Source of the DNA: the human T2T-CHM13v2.0 reference genome, Homo sapiens
Length of the DNA stretch: 64,000 bases
Assembly (NCBI RefSeq): GCF_009914755.1
Contig: NC_060928.1
Reading direction: 5' to 3' (one strand)
Both the position numbers and the translations under genes were made by a program. The notes under the pieces are model-generated. The model was not told the origin of the DNA, searched no databases, and saw only the letters and a list, made by a program, of their open reading frames with translations. Position 1 is the first letter of the stretch. Each line of letters begins with the position of its first letter. Below, piece after piece: positions 26,017 to 43,539 of the stretch.

Positions 26017-27489
26017 CTGGTCAAGGCCCAGAGAAAGCCATTAGAGATCATTATGAGAATGATGGCTGAGAGCCAAAAAGGAAAATGGAGAGTAACCCAG
26101 ACACTTAAAAGTACTCAAAGTGAAGATAAAGGAAAATGGGAATACATGCGGTTTCATATGGACATGGAACCAGGTGTGGCAGTAAAATAAGACTCCACAC
26201 AACTGCATTTAGAAAAGTCACCTTGCTTTCTCTGATAAGCCACACAGCTCTGGAGCAAGAGGGAAGGGCGGGGGGGAGGAAGAAGAGGAGAAAAACATGG
26301 TATTCACTGTATTTAGATTTTACACTGATTATGATAGCCATGAAATCCTGTACACATCCTCCACACATGTTGCTTCAATATCCAGGATATAAAGCCCTTT
26401 CTGAGCACAGGATATGTTGCAACCTTGGTATGCTCATGTAGCTTCTGCACAGGCTTGTGTCCTTCTTGGTCTTCAGTTTTCCCTCTCCCTGTGGGAGAGT
26501 TTTGACTGTCAAAAAACCTTTGCTAATTGCTATATGCCTAGTGCTGCGCTGGGGATGAGGCTCCTAACACATACTGGTGAGCAAGATGGCTTAACAGCTG
26601 TGTGTGGCATTTAAAGGACAGGGGAGGATGCCACAGTGAGGCTTTCTTTGTGAGAGCCCTCCAGTTGGCACAGTATCTAGGAGAGGTGCTCAATATTTAC
26701 CTCCCATATAAGCCTGCTATTTTTTATTGTTTCACTCCAGTTCTTTGAATATGTACAGCCATCACCTGTTTGCAGCGGGCTGCCTCCCTCTTTGGGCTCT
26801 TTACTCCAGGAGCCCCACACAACTATGTGACCCATTAGCTGACATTGCTTACTGGCTTGTTTGTTGTCTACCTCTCCACCAGGCAGGAGAGCTTTATCTG
26901 GGAACATTCCATCCCTGCATGAATAAAAGTTTGTTCACCTCCCCCAACAGCCCAATATATATGTCTGTTCCCACGCCATATATAGTTTCACAGCTGGGTT
27001 GTTATAATTATGACTGAGAATTATTTTTTATCTAAACTAAAGTTACTATTTGCCTACAATCTTCTCAGTATGTTTTTTGTGGGGGAGGAGGGCTGAAATA
27101 TCACATCTTCATCTATGCAGATCTGTATGTAATGAAGAAAAGCAATTTTGCACATTCAGAGAACTTGAAAATGAAAGTTTGCATTACTCATACTATAAAA
27201 ATGTTTTTCTCCCACAGCACAACTCCAGAAATCCTTTACTCAAATCATTTATTCTGATATAAATCTTATGACTAAAAGTACAAGCCTTTGGCTTAATTTA
27301 TTCTTGAATTCTCAAAGCTGAATATTCATTTAGTTAATGCTTCATGCTTCAAATCACATTTATCAGCACATAAAAACACTGGTCAGTCTCAAATCCACCA
27401 AAGAGTTCTGAAATTCAAACACAACTGTGAAATCCAAAAGCAGTTTATTAGTGATAGTTATTTGCTAAGAATTGGGGGACACCTTGATA

Positions 27490-28620
27490 GCTTTGATCCA
27501 GTCTATTAAGTGTAGTTCAATAGACTAAATCCATTGTGCCAGGCAGAGGGGAGGCAAAGATGCTTCCAAATTCCTGAAGGTCTGGGCAGATGGCTGGGAC
27601 ACAAACAGATCATTTGACAATTTCAACGCAATGCCTAAGTACTATGGCTGTCTTTTGCAGTGGTTACTTTGGGAATACAGAGAGGGAACATTTTCTCAGG
27701 AAGCACTTTGGAGATCTGAAGGAAATGTCCACCAGAACTAAGGTGAGAAAGATGTATAGAAATTAATGAGGTCAGTCAAGATGCGGATCTCAGTTTCAGC
27801 AAAGGAATTTCCCCCTCCCCCGTCACCACCCCCATCCCGTCCCCCTCTTCCCGTGTATGAAGTATGAGTTAGGGAATGGTAGGAGATGACACCAGAAAAG
27901 TTTTAGGTTAACCATAAACCATTATTACAGTCAGCCATTTTGACCTAGAGAAATGGCTATTTCATGTGGTTCTAACCAGTGAAGTTGGTCATGGACAACT
28001 TTTATACTAATTCCAGGTTAAGGAACTTGAGATTTATCTTGCATAGAATAAAAAACTAATGAAGCATTTTAATCAGGCGAGTTTCCAGCTCAGTGCTGCA
28101 TTTTAGACAGATCATTCTCACACACTGAGAAGGTGGCAAAGACCAGTTTATTCCTGTCACCAGTTTCTCTCTCTCCTTTTCTCTCATTTGGGAACCGCCC
28201 AGATGAGAGATGGAGGCCTACATCAGGATGAAGGCACTAACACAGAGGAGGGAACAGATTAGAACATGTGATCACAAGATAAAACCTGTCAGAACCGGGG
28301 GCTGGTTCTCAGTGGAGAGAAAAGAGTTAAGTCCCAGGTTTCTGTTTGTGTGACTAGAGGGAAGCTGGAGCCATTAACTCAGATGAAAAAAGAGAAAAGG
28401 AGCAGCTTTAGAGTTTAAAATAATGAGTATTTTTGACATATTGATTATGATGTAGTTGCGGAAAATCCAGAGAGTTGTCCAGAAAGAAATTGGAATATAG
28501 GGGTCTAATCCATGGAGAATTCTGGACCAGAAAAGGAAACACAGCAGCCGCAATATCATCAGGGTGAAGCGCGGGTAAAGCAGGAGGGTGGGAAGCAGGC
28601 GGTCAAAAGCATGAGTGGCT
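27490..28620 (-). mobile_element. L2 fragment(s)
   Basis: L2-like motifs (GCATTTTAGACAGATCATTCT, TCCCAGGTTTCTG, TTTTTGACATATTGA). Bounds approximate. Confidence 0.5.
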
Positions 28621-28642
28621 GACACTGCCTAGAAGCATAGGA

Positions 28643-28938
28643 TTTTTTTCTTTTTGAGACGGAGTCTCGCTCTGTTCCCAGGCTGGAGTGCAGTGTGGCA
28701 CGATCTACGCTCACTGCAACCTCCGCTTCCCTGGTTCAAATGATTCTCCTGGCTCATCCTCCCGTGTAGCTGAGACTACAGGCGTGCACCCCCATGCCTA
28801 GCTAATTTTTGTATTTTTAGTAGAGACAGGGTTTCACAATGTTGGCCAGGATGGTCTCGATCAAGATTGACCTCGTGATCTGCCAGCCTTAGCCTCCCAA
28901 AGTGCTGGGATTACAGGTGAGAGCCACCGTTTCCGGCC
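28643..28938 (-). mobile_element. AluS
   Basis: Reverse Alu; TSD AGAAGCATA at 28631 and 28939. Confidence 0.93.
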
Positions 28939-28959
28939 AGAAGCATACAATTTTCAAGG

Positions 28960-29163
28960 GGACTTTAAAGACAATATTTTTTACATGCTTTTCAAATGAA
29001 AAACCTTTAAAAAAAAATCTTAGAAGTCCAAAATATGAAAAAGAAGTGCTTTGATTGAAATGGAGGCGAGAACTGCACAATCCCATGTGCTCAGGCTCCC
29101 TACTCCTTTTTCTTCCTAAGGCAGCCCCAGCAATCTCTGAGGAAAACAGTTGAAAGACAAGTG
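28960..29163. mobile_element. hAT-Charlie MITE (MER117-like)
   Basis: TCAAATGAAAAACC...GCTTTGATTGAAATGGAG...GGAAAACAGTTGAAAGACAAGTG resembles the recalled consensus. Confidence 0.45.
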
Positions 29164-29177
29164 ATCTAGACCTCTCT

Positions 29178-29891
<714 letters not shown>

Positions 29892-30278
29892 CATTTGAAC
29901 TAAATCTTTTATTTTACAAATGAGAAAAGCTGAGGTCCAAAGAGTTTGAATAATGTCTGACAAGCTGCTCAGGCTGGAACCCAAGTCTTGGGATATAGAC
30001 CCTGCTGTCTTTGTTTTTAAAAAGGAGAATTAGTAATCAACGTGCCAGAAAGTGAACTGGATATGTGCCCATCCAAAACAAATCTCATAACAACTTTCTT
30101 TCACTATTGAACAATGTGTAGTTTTTAGTATTTTTTAAATTGTGGCTATTAGCCCTGAAATAAATTTAAAACTCCCTTTATCCCATCTGTGTGAGGTAAA
30201 ACGTTGAATTTTAGTTTTTTTTAAAAACTAATTATCCTGTTACTAGTTGTTCTTCCCTAATTCAAAGACCAGTTTTAG

Positions 30279-30578
30279 GGTCAAGCATGGTGGCTCATGC
30301 CTGTAATCTCAGCCCTTTGGGAGGCTAATGCAGAAGGATCACTTGAGCTCAGGAGTTTGAGACCAGCCTGAGCAATATAGCAAGACCCATCTCTATAAAT
30401 AATTTAAAAATTAGCTGGATGTGGTGGTGCATGCCTGTGGTCCAAGCTACTCAGGAGGCAGTGGCGAGATGATTGCTTGAGCCCGGGAGGTGAAGGCTGC
30501 CGTGAGCTGTGATCACACCACCACACTCCAACCTGGGCAACAGAAGGAGATTCTGTCTCAAAAAAATAAAATAAAATA
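30279..30578 (+). mobile_element. AluJ
   Basis: GGATCACTTGAGCTCAGGAG and GAGCCCGGGAGGTGAAGGCTGC; decayed TSD AAAGAC(C/A)A(G/A)TTTTA. Confidence 0.9.
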
Positions 30579-31139
30579 GATATTTTTAAAGACAAATTTT
30601 ATTTTTAAATGTGAAGTACTGTGCACCCTCTCTCCCACAGTGATATGGGTTGAAAAATCAGTTCCCTAATGTAGAGCCACCAGGATGGCTCACAGAGGTA
30701 TAACATCTGCTCCAGGTCAGATTGTACCCTCTTTACAGCCCCCTATATGCCTGGATCCCACCCAGCCCATGGCTCCCACCCCCTCCTCATCGCTTTTCAT
30801 TCATGCATCACTCCTATTAGTGGACAACATGTAAGAACTGGGGCCAGAAACAAGCTAGGAAAAAAGAATGCAGAACCTTCAGCCCTGAGAGCTGAAGAGA
30901 TGGACATGAGGCATGAGGGGCAGGGAAGAAAGCACAGGACCTGCCATTTCCAACAGGTGCAGGCACTTGCAGTCCCGCCTCTGTGTCCTCCCCCTCTGTG
31001 CCATCCGGTCTTCCACATTTGGGCAGAGAAAGAAACACAAGGCAGGAGGCACATATCACAGAGTTCTAAATGAAGTTCAAGCAGCACCAACTGGGAAGTG
31101 GAAAATTTCCCACAGTTCACCAGAAGGAATTTTAGTGTG

Positions 31140-31217
31140 GTCCGTTAGAGATCTGGAATTGAAGAAACATAAATTCAGTCCATTAGAGATCTGGAATTGA
31201 AGAAACATAAATTCAGT
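31140..31217. repeat. 38-bp tandem duplication
   Basis: GTCC(G/A)TTAGAGATCTGGAATTGAAGAAACATAAATTCA twice, with 1 mismatch. Confidence 0.95.
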
Positions 31218-32120
31218 GCTGGTCCATATGCTGACAAAGCAAATTGAAAACTAAACTCCACATTCCTCGACAGATATCCTGTATTTTCAGAGCAATAAAT
31301 AGAACATAGAAACATGAATTTTAAGCACTTTTTTGTCATGCTTCTTTTAAGGATGATTGGGGGAAGTGATTAGTCACAAATGAAAAGGAAAGGGTTATTT
31401 TTATAGAGAAATACGAGCTTTCTGCTGAAGTCTTTAAAAGTGTTAGGGTAAAATTCCCAGTGTTCAGATATATTTATAGATCATATGAAGTGGGGGAAGA
31501 AGAGTGTGAAGAAGAGAAAAAAATTTGTAAGATGAGTCATTTAACTCTTTTTTATAAATGTACCAACCCACTTAATACACCCATTCCCAGTCTTTTTGTG
31601 AATCATTTGTTTCATTTCATATTTTAACCCTGTTGAGTTTAAGTATGATAAAGAAAACCACATAGAAGATGAAATTCAGACTTGAGGTGAATGTTTAGAA
31701 TCATGCACTTATTTATCAAATACGTATGGAGTTGCTTACTATGTGCTAGGAACTGTTTTAAGAGCCTCATGTCATGTAATTAAGTCTTTCTTGAGTAGTT
31801 ATGAAGTACATCTGAGAAAGAACTAAGCACTAAAGTATAAAAGTTGATACAGGAAATACTAGGAAAGTTACGATTCAAAAAAATAATGCAAGCAATATGT
31901 TAACAACTGGCAACTTTATTTTACTCATCTTACTTCTACAGAGCGGCTCCTCTCCTGAACATTTTGTTCCTTTGTTCTTGGTATTTTGGTGAGGAAAAGA
32001 ACTCTGTGTCTCAAGGCTTGCCTAGCTTTAGTACTTTGTCTCTCCAAGGGGATGCTTGCATTAATGATTTTCTCACTGCTGCGATTATAAAGAAAAAAAT
32101 TGCTTACATTTATATGTTGC

Positions 32121-32992
32121 TTTTTTATTTTATTTTACTTTAAGTTCTGGGATACATATGCAGAATGTGCAGGTTTGTTACATAGGTACATGTGCCATGG
32201 TGGTTTGCTGCACCTATCAACCTGTCATCTAGGTTTTAAGCCCCGTATGTATTAGGTATTTGTCCTAATGCTATCCCTCCCCTAGCCCCCAACCCCGTGA
32301 CAGGCCTCGGTGTGTGATGTTCCCCTCCCTGTGTCCATGTGTCCTCATTGTTCAACTCCCACTTATGAGTGAGAACATGTGGTGTTTGGTTTTCTGTTCC
32401 TGTGTTAGTTTTCTGAGAATGATGGCTTCCAGCTTCTTCCACATCCCTGCAAATGGTGTGAACTCATCCTTTTTTATGGGTGCATAGTATTCCATATTGT
32501 ATATGTGCCACAGTTTCCTTATCCAGTCTATCATTGATATGCATTTGAGTTGGTTCCAACACTTTGTTATTATGAATAGTGCTGCAATAAACATATGTGT
32601 GCATGTGTCTTTATAGTAGAATCATTTATAATCCTTTGAATATATACCCAGTAATGGGATTGCTGGGTTGAATGTTATATCTGGTTCTAGATTCTTGAGG
32701 AATCGCCACACTGTCTTCTACAATGGTTGAACTAACTTACACTCCCAGCAGTGTAAAAGCGTTCCTGTTTCTCCACAACCTCACCAGCATCTGTTGTTTC
32801 CTGACTTTTTAATGATTGCCATTCTAACTGTTGTGAGATGGTATCTCATTGTGGCTTTGATTTGAATTTCTCCATTTTCTCCCATTCTGTAGGTTGCCTG
32901 TTTACTCTGATGATAGTTTCTTTTGCTGTGCACAAGCTCTACAGTTTAATTAAATCCCATTTGTCAATTTTGGCTTTCATTGCAATTGCTTT
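32121..32992 (-). mobile_element. 5'-truncated L1PA (L1PA7/8-like) with an internal deletion
   Basis: 3' UTR CTAGGTTTTAAGCCCC; ORF track MFIAALFIITKCWNQLKC; junction near 32872. Confidence 0.9.
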
Positions 32993-33972
32993 TTTGCTTT
33001 TCTAAAGTTCTTTTATATATGTTATTTCATAGGTTTCTATGAAAACATTTATGTAAATATGCAAATTAATAATACCCAAATTTATTTAATTGTAATATTT
33101 TTACACTTCCCAATTACCAAAACTTTCCATAGATATATGATAGCAGTTTCCTATAATTGCAGTATCCCCAAGTCTTCATTATTTTCTTTTCATCTACCAG
33201 AATCTTCTCTTTTCAAGAGTGTGTCTTATCCATTCTGTTGGATCTTCCTTTGGAACTTTTACCTGTTTCTGACTGCTGTGTTTCCACTCAATCAATAACA
33301 TTATTGACACAATTGTGATTCTGTCTTCCTTCCTTCTTCAATTTGCCCACACCTAGACAACTTTTATTCAGAGACCCAGTATTGTTGGCTTTCCTCCAGC
33401 CTCTCTCCACCTTTTGGTCAAAAGTTTGCTATTGGCCCTGAACACTTCATTGCTGGCCAGCAATAGGCAGTGTGAGTCTCCCATGGATGGCTGCCATCTG
33501 AGCATGTCAATTTCCTGAGCAAAAGCTTCATCCTCAAGTCCATCCCTTCCTATAGTTCTGCTTCTTTATTTCTTTACATTATATGAAACAGGGGATCTCC
33601 CTTAATTCATTCATCTGATAAATTATGTGTTTGTTGAGCTGCTGGTAAATGCCAGGCACAAGTGTGTTACCACTACAGATCCAACAATGAACAAAACAGG
33701 GATCATCCAAGTTCTCATGGAGCAATGGGAAGTAAATGATTATTGTTTGGATTGTCCTAAGCACCATGAAGGAAATGAACAAGGATCACTGAGGGATTGA
33801 CATATTCTGTTGGTTTGAAGCAAATCACAGGTTCCACCTGCACTCTTGGGGAGGAGATAATGCAGGACCTATTGTTATAGGGCAGAGACCAAGGACGCCA
33901 TCTTAGAATTCTGTTTACAACAATATCCCTCATAGGGCTGCTATAATAAGGTATACTAAATAAAATCATGTG

Positions 33973-34336
<364 letters not shown>

Positions 34337-35354
34337 CTATAATTATACCGCTTCTTTGCTGTACTTTTAAAAATTTACTGCCAGAAGGATGTCAGCTACT
34401 TATAACTAAGCACTGGCAGCACCTTCCAATCACCGTCACAAGAGTGTCTCTTAAATATCTTTCCTGGGATCTTTATCTCTCTCTGCTAGTCACTTGATTG
34501 GTTTCCCCACCAGCTGGCACTAGGATACAAGACCCCATCATTGGCATCTTCTCAGGCACATTATATCATGGGTGTTCTTAAGGAGAAAATTATATTTGTC
34601 TGTTCAAGTTTCTTCTATAGTCCTGAACATCGTAAGTGTCTTCCCACCCCATCCTTTGGCACATTTGTTACTTCCCCACTGCTGTCTTGAACCTCTGCAT
34701 CATCCATGCCATGGCCTCTGCTGTTCTTTGCAGCTTTGCAGCAAGTTCGTCTTGAAACCTCTTGGAACGATGTTTAAAACATCAGCAGCTTCCAAAGTCT
34801 AATTTTCTTTTGCTTAAGTGAAAAGACTGCCACTGTCCTTGCATCATTGGACTGATCATGTCTGTACCCAAGATTCTCAGCATCCCATGGGAGCTTGACC
34901 TGTGTAAAAAGGAACCTAAAAGCTCATTGCCTGAATGGCAAAATAAATCTAGGGTTCCAAGAGATGCTGTTGTTATTGTGTGAATCTGTCAGAAGGTGGG
35001 CATGAAAAATGGTGCAGATCTAGAAAGGAGGATTCAGCCTCAAGGAGAGAAAATGGAAGAGACCCTAAGAAGAAGCCATAATATATACTAGCCAGATTAA
35101 GTTCAGAGATAGACTCCTACAGCCTGGTGCCCAGAATGACATCGTGTGAACTGATAGCCTTGAAAAGGGATTAAAGCAAAGAAAGGGAGAACTCGGGTTT
35201 GCTTAAACATCACTGCACCCAGACCCATAGGTGGAAATGGTGAATGGTCTGGCAGGTGAGGAAGGACAGTGCACTGGAGGGAGAAAGTGTCCTACCACAT
35301 GAGATAATTTTTGCATCTTTAACCTCAGCTTTATTCAACTTAAAAGTGGCACTC

Positions 35355-35530
35355 TTTTTGCCAGCTGGCATACTGTCATGAGTGACTCAACCTTTTAGCA
35401 ACTAATTCTGGCAAATTTGTTTCTGAAGTGTGAGTCATCCTAGTGAACCCTATTGCAGATCTTCTGAGTACCATTCACAGCATTTTTCTATGTGTGCCCT
35501 GGCTGACTCAGGCCATTGCAGACGTCAACT
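35355..35530. promoter_or_regulatory. Candidate enhancer: cluster of three AP-1 motifs
   Basis: TGACTCA 35383-35389, TGAGTCA 35431-35437 and TGACTCA 35504-35510 in apparently unique DNA. Motif evidence only. Confidence 0.4.
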
Positions 35531-35761
35531 ATTTTGACACTGCTGCTATATTATTTGACTGCTAACTGAACCCTAACTTGCATTATTTCCCTTCTCTCTC
35601 TACTTTTCCTGCTTCCAAAACAGTCTCTTAAAGAATTCTGCTTTCAAAAAATCTGTTTATGCAAAAATCATACACACATAAATATATATATATATACATA
35701 CATTAAAATGTTTACCTATACTAGTGGTTGTCCCTGGATAGTAGGTGCACTTGTTTCCCAT

Positions 35762-36112
35762 TGACACGGTTTGGCTCTGTGTCCTTACCCAAATCTTATC
35801 TCGATTTGTAATTCCCATATGTCAAGGGAGGGAAGTGATTGGATCATGCGGTTTCATCCATGCTGTTCTCATGACAGTGAGTTCTCACGAAATCTGATGG
35901 TTTTTTAAGTGTTTAGAAGCTCCTCCTTTGCTCTTCTCTCTCTTGCTGCCTTGTGAAAAAGGTGCTTGCTTCCCCTTCGCCTTCTGCCGTGATTGTAAGT
36001 TTCCTAAGACCTCCCCAGCCATATGGAACTGTGAGCCAATTAAACCTATTTCCTTTATAAATTACTCAGTCTCAGGTATTTCTTTATAGCAGTGTGAAAA
36101 AGGACTAATACA
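35762..36112 (+). mobile_element. THE1 solo LTR
   Basis: TG...GGACTAATACA ends; perfect 5-bp TSD CCCAT at 35757-35761 and 36113-36117. Confidence 0.92.
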
Positions 36113-36193
36113 CCCATAGTTGTTGTAACAAATTACCACTAATATGGTGGCTTCAAACAGCACCAGTTTGTTATCTTACAATGCTGTCATTAG

Positions 36194-36602
36194 TGATATG
36201 GTTTAGAATTTGTCCTCTCCAAATCTCATGTTGAAACGTGACCCCCAGTGTTGAATATGGGGCCTAGTGAATGGTGTTTGGGTAATGGGGTTGATCCCTC
36301 AAGAATGGCTTGACGCTTTCCTCACAGTAATGAGTGAGTTCTCACTCTGTTAGCTCATGTGAGAGCTGTTTGTTTAGAAAAGCCTGACATCTTTCTCGCT
36401 CCTTCTCTTGCCATGTGATGCCTGCTTCCCCTTTGCCTTCAGCCATGAGGAAAAGCTTCCTGAGGCCCACCAGAAGCGAATGTTGTCATTATGCGTCTTG
36501 TGCAGTCTGCAGAAATGTGGGCCCAACATAAACCTCTTTTCATTATAAATTACTGACCCTCATGTAGTATTCCTTTATAGCAATGCAAAATGGACTAATA
36601 TA
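36194..36602 (+). mobile_element. MST (MSTB-like) solo LTR
   Basis: TGATATGGTTTAGAATTTGTCC...CAAATCTCATGTTGAAA...CTTTATAGCAATGCAAAATGGACTAATA. Confidence 0.85.
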
Positions 36603-37318
36603 GTCAGGAAATCCAAACTGAGTTTCACTGGGTTAAAATCCAGATGTCAGCAAAGATGCATTTCTTTCTAGAGGCTCTAGGGGAGAATCTGTTTCTTTGT
36701 CCTTCCAGTTGCTAGAGGCTGCCTGCATTCCTTGGCTCATGGCCCCTTCCTCTGTTTTCAAAGCCAGCCCAACCTTCTGATGCAGCCATCTCTCTGGTCT
36801 GTCTTCTGACTTCCTCTTTCATTTGTAAGGACCCTTGTGATTACACTGGGCCCACCTAGTTCAAGAGAATAATTTTCTTACTTTTTTTTTTATTTTTTAT
36901 TATACTTTAAGTTTTAGGGTACATGTGCACAATGTGCAGGTTAGTTACATATGTATACATGTGCCATGCTGGTGCGCTGCACCCACTAACTCATCATCTA
37001 GCATTAGGTATATCTCCCAATGCTATCCCTCCCCCCTCCCCCCACCCCACAACAGTCCCCAGAGTGTGATGTTCCCCTTCCTGTGTCCATGTGTTCTCAT
37101 TGTTCAATTCCCACCTATGAGTGAGAATATGCGGTGTTTGGTTTTTTGTTCTTGCAATAGTTTACTGAGAATGATGATTTCCAATTTCATCCATGTCCCT
37201 ACAAAGGACATGAACTCATCATTTTTTATGGGTGCATAGTATTCCATGGTGTATATGTGCCACATTTTCTTAATCCAGTCTATCATTGTTGGACATTTGG
37301 GTTGGTTCCAAGTCTTTG

Positions 37319-40934
<3,616 letters not shown>

Positions 40935-40997
40935 TATGATGTTAGCTGGTTATTTTGCTCATTAGTTGATGCAGTTTCTTCCTAGTCTGGATGGTCT

Positions 40998-42014
40998 TTG
41001 TATTTTGGCATGATTTTGCAGTGGCTGGTACCGGTTGTTCCTTTCCATGTTTAGCGCTTCCTTCAGGAACTCTTTTAGGGCAGGCCTGGTGGTGACAGAA
41101 TCTCTCAGCATTTGCTTCTCTGTAAAGTATTTTATTTCTCCTTCACTTATGAAGCTTAGTTTGGCTGGATATGAAATTCTGGGTTGAAAATTCTTTTCTT
41201 TAAGAATGTTGAATATTGGCTTCCACTCTCTTCTGGCTTGTACGGTTTCTGCTGAGACATCCGCTATTAGTCTGATGGGCTTCCCTTTGAGGGTAACCCA
41301 ACCTTTCTCTCTGGCTGCCCTTAACATTTTTTCCTTCATTTCAACTTTGGTGAATCTGACAATTATGTGTCTTGGAGTTGCTCTTCTCGAGGAGTATCTT
41401 CATGGCATTCTCTGTGTTTCCTGAATCTGAATGTTGGCCTGCCTTGCTAGATTGGGGAAGTTCTCCTGGATAATATCCTGCAGAGTGTTTTCCAACTTGG
41501 TTCCATTCTCCCCGTCACTTTCAGGTACACCAATCAGGCGTAGATTTGGTCTTTTCACATAGTCCCATATTTCTTGGGGGCTTTGCTCATTTCTTTTTAT
41601 TCTTTTTTCTCTAAACTTCCCTTCTCACTTCATTTCATTCATTTCATCTTCCATCGCTGATACCCTTTCTTCCAGTTGATCGCATCGGCTCCTGAGGCTT
41701 CTGCATTCTTCACGTGGTTCTCGAGCCTTGGTTTTCAGCTCCATCAGCTCCTTTAAGCACTTCTCTGTATTGGTTATTCTAGTTATACATTCTTCTAAAT
41801 TTTTTTCAAAGTTTTCAACTTCTTTGCCTTTGGTTTGAATGTCCTCCCATAGCTCAGAGTAATTTGATCGTCTGAAGCCTTCTTCTCTCAGCTCGTCAAA
41901 GTCATTCTCCATCCAGCTTTGTTCCATTGCTGGTGAGGAACCGCATTCCTTTGGAAGAGGAGAGGCGCTCTGCTTTTTAGAGTTTCCAGTTTTTCTGCTC
42001 TGTTTTTTCCCCAT
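40998..42014 (-). pseudogene. L1 ORF1, premature stop after 129 aa
   Basis: MGKKQSRKTGNSKKQSASP... ends at EMK*; downstream fragment MKEKMLRAAREKG. Confidence 0.93.
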
Positions 42015-42469
42015 CTTTGTGGTTTTATCTACTTTTGGTCTTTGATGATGGTGATGTACAGATGGGTTTTTGGTGTGGATGTCCTTTCTGTTTGTTAGTT
42101 TTCCTTCTAACAGACAGAACCCTCAGCTGCAGGTCTGTTGGAGTACCTGGCCGTGTGAGGTGTCAGTCTTCCCCTGCCGGGGGGTGCCTCCCAGTTAGGC
42201 TGCTCGGGAGTCAGGGGTCAGGGACCCACTTGAGGAGGCAGTCTGCCCGTTCTCAGATCTCCAGCTGTGTGCTGGGAGAACCACTGCTCTCTTCAAAGCT
42301 GTCAGACAGGGACATTTAAGTCTGCAGAGGTTACTGCTGTCTTTTTGTTTGTCTGTTCCCTTCCCCCAGAGGTGGAGCCTACAGAGGCAGGCAGGCCTCC
42401 TTGAGCTGTGGTGGGCTCCACCCAGTTTGAGCTTCCCAGCTGCTTTGTTTACCTAAGCAAGCCTGGGCA

Positions 42470-42690
42470 ATGGCGGGCGCCCCTCCCCCAGCCTCACTGC
42501 TGCCTTGCAGTTTGATCTCAGACTGCTGTGCTAGCAGTGAGACTCTGTGGGCGTAGGACCCTCTGAGCCATGTGCGGGATATAATCTCCTGGTGCACCGT
42601 TTTTTAAGCCTGTCGGAAAAGCGCAGTATTGGGGTGGGAGTGACCCAATTTTCCAGGTGCCATCTGTCACCCCTTTCTTTGACTAGGAAA
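42470..42690 (+). pseudogene. L1 antisense ORF0, frameshifted
   Basis: ATG at 42470 reads MAGAPPPASLLPCSLISDCCAS, then about 4 nt are missing. The rest (GVGPSEP...RFLS..EKR) is in ORF-track frame 42547. Confidence 0.75.
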
Positions 42691-43539
42691 GGGAACTCCC
42701 TGACCCCTTGCGCTTACCGAGTGAGGCAATGCCTCGCCCTGCCTCGGCTCCCGCACGGTGCGCGCACCCGCTGACCTGCGCCCACTGTCTGGCACTTCCT
42801 AGTGAGATGAGCCCGGTACCTCAGATGGAAATGCAGAAATCACCCGTCTTCTGTGTCGCTCACGCTGGGAGCTGTAGACCGGAGCTGTTCCTATTCGGCC
42901 ATCTTGGCTCCTCCAGTTTTCCTACTTTAAGGCAGCTAATTAGCAACCTTAATTCCATCTGAAACTTTAATTCCCCTTTGCCACATAGCCTACCATATTC
43001 AGAGGCTCCAGGATTAGGATATGGACACCTGTGTTGGCCATTATTCTGCCCACCACAATAGGATCATGGGTTGTTGCTATTGTTTATTTACCTCACATAT
43101 ATTTTTAAATTTCCACATGATAAACATATATTATTCACATAAATTTTTTTAATGAGCTCACAAAATACTATAATTCTCTTATCCATAACCTCCCTTTCAA
43201 TGTTCCTCCCCTAACACTACCACCACCCTGTATCTTAAGCGGAAAAAAAAAGTCACTGAAATTTTCTCTAGGTGGTTACTCTTTCATGACCACTTGTGTC
43301 TTTTAACAGCTTCATTGTGTCCCCACAGTTGCCTTTGACTTGCTCTTTGTTTTTACTATTTCTTCTACTTCTGTGGTTGGGAGCAGGGGCAATGTTTGTT
43401 TTTAAAATCTTCTCTATCAGAGTCACCATCGATGCTTTACTTGGGAGTATTTTGACAGGTTTATAACATATACTTCCAGTCTCTGATATTTAGAAAAGAG
43501 AATCAGAATTCTCTCTATCCATCTTGCCTCTTAGGATAA

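Noticed and set aside
25837-26190. 117-aa ORF with poly-His/poly-Lys
   Set aside because: Low-complexity translation of CAC/CAT, (TA)n and poly(A) tracts.
30747-31200. Overlapping ORFs of about 100 aa in a GC-richer unique stretch
   Set aside because: ORFs occur on both strands with no recognisable domain or splice structure; consistent with chance.
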